A stretch of DNA of 64,000 bases from Eledone cirrhosa (Eukaryota), in NCBI GenBank assembly GCA_964016885.1, contig OZ024763.1:496001-560000 (forward strand), read 5' to 3'. Numbering within the stretch: position 1 is the stretch's first letter; each line of letters opens with the position of its first letter. The notes below the pieces were generated by a model, which was not told the DNA's origin, made no database searches, and saw only the letters and a list, made by a program, of their open reading frames with translations. Positions 54,118 through 64,000 of this stretch are shown piece after piece. The translations under genes and the position numbers were made by a program.

Positions 54118-55456
54118 TTGAGGTTAGGGATGGATATGTGGATATGTTTATCTAATCACCTGCAAATAAATGTGCAGATTTGTTTTTATATAATTCTCTC
54201 CTGAACTTTAAAAAAAAAATTTTCATTGAACTGTGACCATTCTGGGGCAAAGCCGTGAAAGAATTCCATGTCTGAGAGAAGATAATTCCATGGGTGAGAT
54301 GTGAGAGGGAAGAAACTATCAGACTAGAATTTACAATTACTGAGCTGGTATTTTATTTATCTCATCTATTTCTCATCCCCAAGCCCCCGCCATTACACAA
54401 AAAAGACAAATTTAACCCTGGCAGGATTAGAAGAGAGAATCCAGTAGAAAGCCAAGCTATTCTAATTCTTTTAACCTCTCTGACAATTTACTGCTTTAAG
54501 TCAGTTGTCTTGTTCCAACTGCTGCTAGTGACATCTGCTGGTAGTGACATAAAGGGACATAACTTAACTCTGCTCAATACTTTTATCTGACATACTTCTG
54601 ATTTCAGCCACCATTTTGAAGATTAAGGAATTAAGCTACTTCAACTCTCTCTCTCTCTCTCTCTCACTTTCCCTTCACACTATCCTTTTCCCTATCTGCC
54701 TGTACCCCCCCCCCCCCCCCCTCTCTCTCTCTCCCTCCTCTATGTCCCCCTCTCTCTCTCACACACCTCTCCTTATCTCTTCCTCTATGTCCCCTCTCTC
54801 TCTGACCTATCTCTCCTCTTTATCTCTTCCCCTATATCCTCTCTCTCTCTCTCTCTCACACACACATTCTCTCTGACTTTTTCAAAGCCAGAGAGAATGG
54901 TAAAAATACAAAACAAAGAAAGCAACAACGTCAACAACAATAACAACAACAACGTCAACAATAATACTAACAATAACAACAACAACAATAATAACAATAA
55001 TACTAACAACAACCACAATGACAACAACAACATTGTTTTAAGCCATGTTTGTGAGTGAAAACAAAATGATCAAATCTTAAAAGAAAAATTTAGATTGACA
55101 GGAGGGGCATTTGTTGAGGTTGTGAGGGTGTGGGGGAGAGGAAGAGAGATAGAGAATGTTAGGGAGAGAGAGTTCTGATCCCTGCCTAGTATGTGTGTTC
55201 ATAGATACATATTTTCTACTTGGAGTATAAGTGTGGGAGGAGGGAGGGATATAGAGGGAGAGGGGGAGGGGGTGAAAGGGAAAGGGTAGATTCTGTTCCC
55301 CTTGTATATGTGGAGGGGTGGGGGAGAGGGAGGGAGAGAAAGAGTAGACTGTAATTCCTGTGTATGTATGTGTCTTCATAAATTCATATTTTCTACCTGA
55401 AGTATATGACATCCATTTTACCAGAATGGAGGTGGATCTGACATTTTTGTGATTAA

Positions 55457-58111
55457 CATTTAAACCAGCCGTATCCGGCCAGAATTCTCTCACTTCTATT
55501 CTGTTCAAACCAGCTGTAACTGGCTACTCATATTTATGTTAAGGTATTGTTCTCAAAATAAACAATATCAAAATCTTGTAGATTCGATATTATGTGATAA
55601 TTATGTAAGATAAAGCCTTTACTGTGAAAATACAATAGTATATAGAGAGTCATGTAAATGTTATGTGAGATATTATGTGAGGTAAAGCCTTTACTGTGAA
55701 AATACAATAGTATATATAGAGTAATGTAAATGTTATGTGAGATATTATGTGAGGTAAAGCCTTTACTGTGAAAATACAATAGTATATATAGAGTAATGTA
55801 AATGTTATGTGAGATATTATGTGAGGTAAAGCCTTTACTGTGAAAATACAATAGTATATATAGAGTAATGTAAATGTTATGTGAGATATTATGTGAGATA
55901 AAGCCTTTACTATGAAAATATAATAGTATATATAGAGTAATGTAAATGTTATGTGAGATATTATGTGAGATAAAGCCTTTACTGTGAAAATACAATAGTA
56001 TATATAGAGTAATGTAAATGTTATGTGAGATATTATGTGAGATAAAACCTTTACTGTGAAAATACAATAGTATATATAGAGTAATGTAAATGTTATGTGA
56101 GATATTATGTGAGGTAAAGCCTTTACTGTGGCAATACAATAGTATATATAGAGTAATGTAAATATTATGTGAGATATTATGTGAGGTAAAACCTTTACTG
56201 TGAAAATACAATAGTATATATAGAGTAATGTAAATGTTATGTGATAATTATGTGACGTAAAGCCTTTACTGTGAAAATACAATAGTATATATAGAGTAAT
56301 GTAAATGTTATGTGAGATATTATGTAAGATAAAGCCTTTACTGTGAAAATACAATAGTATATATAGAGTAATGTAAATGTTATGTGAGATATTATGTGAG
56401 GTAAAGCCTTTACTGTGAAAATACAATAGTATATATAGAGTAATGTAAATGTTATGTGATAATTATGTGACGTAAAGCCTTTACTGTGAAAATACAATAG
56501 TATATATAGAGTAATGTAAATGTTATGTGAGATATTATGTGAGATAAAACCTTTAATGTGAAAATACAATAGTATATATAGAGTAATGTAAATGTTATGT
56601 GAGATATTATGTAAGATAAAGCCTTTACTGTGAAAATACAATAGTATATATAGAGTAATGTAAATGTTATGTGATAATTATGTGACGTAAAGCCTTTACT
56701 GTGAAAATACAATAGTATATATAGAGTAATGTAAATGTTATGAGATATTATGTGAGGTAAAGCCTTTACTGTGAAAATACAATAGTATATATCGAGTAAT
56801 GTAAATGTTATGTGAGATATTATGTGAGGTAAAGCCTTTACTGTGAAAATATAATAGTATATATAGAGTAATGTAAATGTTATGTGAGATATTATGTGAG
56901 ATAAAACCTTTAATGTGAAAATACAATAGTATATATAGAGTAATGTAAATGTTATGTGAGATATTATGTGAGGTAAGGCCTTTACTGTGAAAATACAATA
57001 GTATATATAGAGTAATGTAAATGTTATGTGAGATATTATGTGAGATAAAACCTTTAATGTGAAAATACAATAGTATATATAGAGTAATGTAAATGTTATG
57101 TGAGATATTATGTGAGGTAAAGCCTTTACTGTGAAAATACAATAGTATATATAGAGTAATGTAAATGTTATGTGAGATATTATGTGAGATAAAACCTTTA
57201 ATGTGAAAATACAATAGTATATATAGAGTAATGTAAATGTTATGTGAGATATTATGTGAGGTAAGGCCTTTACTGTGAAAATACAATAGTATATATAGAG
57301 TAATGTAAATATTATGTGAGATATTATGTGAGGTAAAGCCTTTACTGTGAAAATACAATAGTATATATAGAGTAATGTAAATGTTATGTGAGATATTATG
57401 TGAGGTAAAGCCTTTACTGTGAAAATACAATAGTATATATAGAGTAATGTAAATGTTATGTGAGATATTATGTGAGGTAAAGCCTTTACTGTGAAAATAT
57501 AATAGTATATATAGAGTAATGTAAATGTTATGTGAGATATTATGTGAGATAAAACCTTTAATGTGAAAATACAATAGTATATATAGAGTAATGTAAATGT
57601 TATGTGAGATATTATGTGAGGTAAGGCCTTTACTGTGAAAATACAATAGTATATATAGAGTAATGTAAATGTTATGTGAGATATTATGTGAGATAAAACC
57701 TTTAATGTGAAAATACAATAGTATATATAGAGTAATGTAAATGTTATGTGAGATATTATGTGAGGTAAAGCCTTTACTGTGAAAATACAATAGTATATAT
57801 AGAGTAATGTAAATATTATGTGAGATATTATGTGAGGTAAAGCCTTTACTGTGAAAATACAATAGTATATATAGAGTAATGTAAATGTTATGTGAGATAT
57901 TATGTGAGGTAAAGCCTTTACTGTGAAAATACAATAGTATATATAGAGTAATGTAAATGCTATGTGAGATATTATGTAAGATAAAGCCTTTACTGTGAAA
58001 ATACAATAGTATATATAGAGTAATGTAAATGCTATGTGAGATATTATGTGAGGTAAAGCCTTTACTGTGAAAATACAATAGTATATATAGAGTAATGTAA
58101 ATGGTAAAGTG
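55457..58111. mobile_element. piggyBac-type MITE copy with internal 72-bp satellite (55590-58102, ~35 copies)
   Basis: 55457-55660 aligns to 2892-3087. The right end is TAAATGGTAAAGTG|TTAA and the left TIR is partly deleted after TTAA. Confidence 0.85.
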
Positions 58112-58139
58112 TTAAAAGATTCTTCAATTTGTCGTTTGT

Positions 58140-59125
58140 GTTTACTCTGAGCTATGGTCATGAATCTTGGGTAAGGATTGAAAGAATACGTGTGACCGAA
58201 ATGGGGTTACTCTGAAGTGACTTTGGGGTAACATTACTCAAGAGTGCGTGGCACAAAGATCAGAGAGACGTTCGAAGTAAAGCCACTATTTCTCCAAATT
58301 GATATTACTGGGAATGTGGTTAGAATGGGGTTCCTCTGAAGGGTCTTTGGAGTAATGTTACTCTATGGTGTGTAGCTCAGAGATCAGAGAGTCACTTCTG
58401 GTAGAGCCACTACTTCTCCGAATTGAGAGATCACAGCTCTGATACTATGGATATGGGGTTTGAATGTCTCAGGAAAGAATCACTGGACAGATTTGTAGCT
58501 CAGAGATCAGAGAGTCACTCCAGGTAGAGCTGCTACTTCTCCAAATTGAGAGATCACAGCTCTGATACTATGGATATGGGGTTTGAATGTCTCAGGAAAG
58601 AATCACTGGACAGATTTGTAGCTCAGAGATCAGAGAGTCACTCCAGGTAGAGCTGCTACTTCTCCTAATTGAGAGATCACAGCTCTGATACTATGGATAT
58701 GGGGTTTGAATGTCTCAGGAAAGAATCACTGGGCAGATTTGTAGCTCAGAGATCAGAGAGTCACTCCAGGTAGAGCTGCTACTTCTCCTAATTGAGAGAT
58801 CACAGCTCTGATACTATGGATATGGGGTTTGAATGTCTCAGGAAAGAATCACTGGGCAGATTTGTTGTTCAGAAATGAGAGAATCACTCCAGGTAGAGGA
58901 CACTAGTTCTCCGAATTAAGAGATCACAGCTCTGATACTATGGGTATGTGGTTAGAATGTCTCAGGAAAGAATCACTGGACAGATTTGTTGTTCAGAGAT
59001 CAGTGAGTCACTCCAGGTAGAGCTGCTACTTCTCCGAATTAAGAGATCACAGCTCTGATACTATGGATATGGGGTTTGAATGTCTCAGGAAAAGAATCGC
59101 TGGCCAAATTCTTATGGGAAAAAAC
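58140..59125 (+). mobile_element. decayed RTE-clade LINE ORF2 fragment with 123-bp tandem amplification (58372-59100)
   Basis: Translates LSYGHESWVRIERIRVTEMGLL..GVTLL, then the repeat units, then IAGQILMG. Contains stops and frameshifts. Confidence 0.8.
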
Positions 59126-59129
59126 CAAG

Positions 59130-59450
59130 CTTGAACTCTAGAGAAGAACCCTTTCTGGTGCAATCTCATGGGTCAGTTATGATCAAAAGGGGTCACTCTT
59201 CCTATAATGTATTGGCATGTTCCTTTGGATCCCCAAGTGAGATCAGCCAAGCTCATGGATGTTATTGAACCATCTTGCTCAGGAGTCTATCCCTGGTGTG
59301 TTCTGCCAGTTGGTTTTGCCCATAAAAATCTTTTCATAGCTTCCTTTCCTGAGATATTCTAACCACATGCCCATAGTATGGAGCTGTGGTCATCCAATTC
59401 AAAGAGGGAAGTGGGCTCTAACTTGAGCAAGTATCTCATCTCCAAGCCTT
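59130..59450 (-). mobile_element. decayed RTE LINE 3' fragment, opposite orientation
   Basis: Minus strand with frameshifts: YYGHVVRISQER..AKPTGR..ARWFNNIHELG*SHLGI. Confidence 0.7.
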
Positions 59451-59594
59451 GTATTTGTGATATAACAGATTTGTGATTGTGTAAACTGTGACATATCTTA
59501 AATGATGTCACGAGGTTAGCTATTATCACAGTTCTCAGTCATAAGAGATTTGAGATTTAGGTAATTGGTTTCTATCTATCTATCAACCTACCTG

Positions 59595-59646
<52 letters not shown>

Positions 59647-59722
59647 CTTATATCTCTATCTATCTCTCTCTGTTTACCTACCTATGTCTCTCTCTATCAA
59701 CCTACCTGTCTATCTATCTATC

Positions 59723-60154
59723 TGGACGAGGTTGAAAGGGCTGAGGTCAGACACCTTTCTCTCCGGCCAACAACTGATTCTTTTTTTCAAATACCACTTT
59801 GGAAGAAGAATCAGGATGGAGAGAGAGGTGCTGCACCCCAGCAAGCTTTATGAAAGGTGGGTGAAAGTGGCGAGAATGGCCCGAGTGAATGGGCCTTCTC
59901 TCTATATCAGCCTGTAGTTTGAGGAAAAGGAGGAGGAGAGGAAAGGAGTACAAACTCTTTGTACTCCTGGAGATGAGGGTTGCACATTTTTTCGGGGGTA
60001 TGTGTTACCCATATGAACTGTCTCCCCCTATTGGGGAAAATCGACTAATTTTTTAAATTGCATTTGTGATAATATTTTACACGTTTTTATTGTATGTAAA
60101 CTCCCCCCTTTGTATTTGTCCCCTTCTTTTGTGCCCCTGTGGCTAATAAAGAAA
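59723..60154 (+). mobile_element. 5'-truncated Tx1/L1-like LINE 3' end
   Basis: Complex ORF WTRLKGLRSDTFLSGQQLILFFKYHFGRRIRMEREVLHPSKLYERWVKVARMARVNG, stop at 59917, then a 3' UTR ending GTGGCTAATAAAGAAA. Further 3' ends are at 47241 and about 50279 (-). The clade call is from recalled similarity. Confidence 0.6.
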
Positions 60155-60224
60155 CATATCTATTAATTTGTTTCTCTCTCTGTCTATATATCCATCTACC
60201 TAACTATTTATCTATCTATCTGTT

Positions 60225-60890
60225 CATCTCACTCTGTCTCTCACTTTCTCTCTCTGTCTCTCTGTCTCTCACTCTCTCTCTCTGTCTCTCACTCTCTCTC
60301 TCTGTGTCTCTCACTCTCTCTCTCTGTGTCTCTCACTCTCTCTCTCTGTGTCTCTCACTCTCTCTCTCTGTGTCTCTCACTCTCTCTCTCTCTGTCTCTC
60401 ACTCTCTCTCTCTGTGTCTCTCTGTCTCTCTCTCTCTCTCTGTCTCTCACTCTCTCTCTCTCTGTCTCTCTCACTCTCTCTCTCTCTGTCTCTCACTCTC
60501 TCTCTCTGTCTCTCACTCTCTCTCTCTCTGTCTCTCACTCTCTCTCTCTGTCTCTCACTCTCTCTCTCTGTCTCTCACTCTCTCTCTCTCTGTCTCTCAC
60601 TCTCTCTCTCTCTGTCTCTCACTCTCTCTCTGTCTCTCACTCTCTCTCTCTCTGTCTCTCACTCTCTCTCTCTGTCTCTCACTCTCTCTCTCTGTCTCTC
60701 ACTCTCTCTGTCTCTCACTCTCTCTCTCTCTCTGTCTCTCACTCTCACTTTCTCACTCTCACTCTCTCACTCTCACTCTCTCTGTCTCTCACTCTCTCTC
60801 TCTCTCTCTGTCTCTCACTCTCACTTTCTCACTCTCACTCTCTCACTCACTCTCTCTCTCTCTCTCTCTCAGTCACTCACTCTCTCTCTC
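60225..60890. repeat. (CT)n-based compound microsatellite
   Basis: TCTGTCTCTCACTCTC units. Confidence 0.9.
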
Positions 60891-61079
60891 CGTGTCAGTC
60901 GGTCTGCCTGCCTGTCTGTCCATCTCTCTCTCTGCTCGGTTTTGTACTTTACATATTTATAACCAGTTAAATTTGATAGCTGTGTGTATCTATGTATGTA
61001 TACGTATTTCTGTGTGTGTGTTGTGTTGTGTGTGTATGTCAGAGTATATGTTGACATAAACATAAAAAGTTTGCCTCTG

Positions 61080-61110
<31 letters not shown>

Positions 61111-62069
61111 ATATATATATATATACCCCTCTCTCTACCTCTTTCTATATATACCCCCCCCCCCCCTCCCCCCTCTACCCCTTCCTCTCTCTGATGATCT
61201 GATTTCTTTTTAACCAATAACATTTGAAATATTTCCAACTCTTTCATAACCAAACCAAAGCCACATATCAGAATTATGTCTGTTTCACTGAACAACAACA
61301 ACAACAACAACAACAACTACAACAACAGCTACAACTACATCTACAACAACAACTACTACAACAACAAAGGCAGATTCTGTGCTTTGCCATACATCATCTT
61401 TTTGAATTGATCAGAATATATTTCCTCAGGTTATATCAAAGGAAAAGTAGAGAGGGGGGAGGCGAGGGGGAGAGAGAGAGAGATAAAGGGGGGTAAAAGA
61501 GAGAGAGAGTGTGTGTGTGAGTGAGGAGGGTGAAACAGAGAGAGAGAGAGAAAAGATGGCGAAACAGTGAGAGAGAGAGAGAGAGAAAAGATGGTGAAAG
61601 AGTGAGAGAGAGAGAGAGAAAAGATGGTGAAAGAGTGAGAGAGAGAGAGAGAAAAGATGGTGAAAGAGTGAGAGAGAGAGAGAGAGAAAAGATGGTGAAA
61701 GAGAGAGAGATAAAGGGGGGGGGGGGTAAAACAGAGAGAGAGAGAGTGTGTGTGAGAGAGAGGAGGGTGAAACAGTGAGAGGGACAGAGAAAGGAGGGAG
61801 AAACAGAGAGGAGAGAGAGAGAGAGAGAGAGACAGAGACAGAAAGGTAGATGAAACAGAGAGCTAGAGAGAGGGAGGGAGAGAGAGACAGAGACAAAGAG
61901 AGAGATGAAAGAGAGAGAGAGGTGAAAGCTATTGGTTGTAATTCCATCAAGGCATGTTATATATTTTTACTGCTAAAAATGTCTTTGCTTCTTCTCCGAT
62001 TTCCTTCCCCTTATTGCAAAATGATGTGTTTTATTCAATTGTAATCTGGGCGAGAATCTATTTACTACT

Positions 62070-62283
62070 GATGTGTGTGTGTGTATATATATATGTGTGT
62101 GAGTGTGTGTATATATATTTATATATATGTGCGTGTGTGTGTGTATATATATTTATATATATGTGTGTGTGTGTGTATATATATATTTATATATATGTGT
62201 GTGTGTGTGTATATATATATTTATATATATGTGTGAGTGTGTGTATATATTTATATATATGTGTGTGTATGTGTATATATATT

Positions 62284-62328
<45 letters not shown>

Positions 62329-63662
62329 TTATATATATGTGTGAGTGTGTATATATAGTTATATATATGTGTGAGTGTGTGTATATATAGTTATATTTAT
62401 GTGTGTGTGTGTATATATAGTTATATATATGTGTGTGTGTGTGTATATATATATATGTGTGAGTGTGTATATATATATGTGTGTGTGTGTATATATATTT
62501 ATATATGTGTGTGTGTGTATTTGTGTGTATTTATGTGCATGATGTATGTATGTGTGTGTATGTATATATATATATATATGTCTGTGTGTGTATATGTGTG
62601 AGTATATATATATGTATGTATGTATGTATGAAGGCACAGTGGTGTTGGTGGTGGCGGTGGTAGTGTTGGTAGTGGTGGTAGTGGCGGTGGTAGTGGTGGT
62701 GGTGGTGGCGGTGGTAGTGTTGGTGGTAGTGGCGGTGGTAGTGGTGGTGGTGGTGGTGGTAGTTGTAGTGGTGATAGTGGTGGTGGTGGTGGTAGTGATG
62801 GTGGCGGTGGTAGTGGTTTTTTTTTACTTAGCTGTTCCTGTCTTGCACTCTTTTCATCTCCCCCCCTCTCTCTCTACATCTCTCCCCCTCTCTCTCTACA
62901 TCTCTCCCCCTCTCTTTCTACATCTCTCCCCCTCTCTCTCTACATCTCTCCCCCTCTCTCTCTACATCTCTCCCTCTCTCTCTACGTCTCTCCCCCTCTC
63001 TCTCTATATTTCTCCCCCCTCTCTCTATATTTCTCCCCCCTCTCTCTCTCTACATTTCTCCCCCCCCTCTCTCTCTACATCTCTCCCTCTCTCTCTACGT
63101 CTCTCTACGTCTCTCCCCCCTCTCTCTATATATTTCTCCCCCCCTCTCTCTCTCTACATTTCTCCCCCTCTCTCTCTACATTTCTCCCCCTCTCTCTCTA
63201 CATTTCTCCCCCTCTCTCTCTACATTTCTCCCCCCCTCTCTCTACATTTCTCCCCCCTCTCTCTCTACATTTCTCCCCCCCCCTCTCTCTCTACATTTCT
63301 CCCCCCCCCTCTCTCTCTACATTTCTCCCCTCTCTCTCTCTACATTTCTCCCCCCTCTCTCTCTACATTTCTCCCCCCTCTCTCTCTACATCTCTCTCCC
63401 TCTCTCTTCATCTCTCTCCCTCTCTCTTCATCCCTCTCCCTCTCTCTCCATCTCTCTCCCTCTCTCTTCATCCCTCTCCCTCTCTCTACATCTCTCTCCC
63501 TCTCTCTACATCTCTCTCCCTCTCTCTTCATCCCTCATTCTCTTGCCAAATCTCACTGTCTCATGCACACATATACACACATATATACAAACACACACAT
63601 GTATATATATACACACATTTATACACACACACACACATACATATATATATACACATACACAT

Positions 63663-63704
<42 letters not shown>

Positions 63705-64000
63705 GTACACAGACACATATACACACACACTCACATATATATATATATATACACACATGTATATATATATATATACATATATATTCACATACACACACAC
63801 AAATATATGTACACAGACACACATACACACACACTCACACATATATATATATATATATATATCGACACACAAATACTCATATATATACACACACACACAC
63901 ACATACATATATATACACACACACACACACACACATATATGTACACAGACACATACACACACACTCACATACATATATATATATATATACATATATATTC
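62070..64000. repeat. (TG)/(TA), (GGT), CTCTCTACAT and (CA)/(TA) simple repeats
   Basis: Visible directly. Confidence 0.9.

Noticed and set aside
55534-58161. 24-aa repeat membrane-like ORFs
   Set aside because: They arise from the 72-bp satellite inside a MITE.
59100-59450. MITE terminal inverted repeat
   Set aside because: Both arms translate as RTE ORF2, so two opposed LINE fragments explain it better.

Overview
This is AT-rich, repeat-saturated eukaryotic non-coding DNA. The SINE families and microsatellite load resemble an octopus or other coleoid cephalopod genome (inferred, not verified). No intact host gene was found, and nearly all ORF-track entries are microsatellite or minisatellite artefacts. 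The main signal is about 30 full, decayed or partial type I hammerhead ribozyme motifs (stem I-CUGANGA-stem II-GAAA-stem III-NUH-stem I') on both strands. They belong to roughly ten sequence families of short (about 100-400 bp) non-coding elements. These sit mostly in (TA)n tracts, are often fold-back inverted repeats, usually have AATAAA after the cleavage site, and share a GAGYRCY motif near the 3' end. This architecture fits non-autonomous Penelope-like (pLTR/retrozyme-type) retroelements. Also present are three tRNA-derived SINE families, a TTAA piggyBac-type MITE (one copy holds a SINE, another seeded a 72-bp satellite), an RTE LINE fragment amplified into 122/123-bp tandem arrays, Tx1/L1-like 3' ends, a non-autonomous Helitron, and many tandem repeats. 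All structures were read by eye, so coordinates may be off by a few nt.
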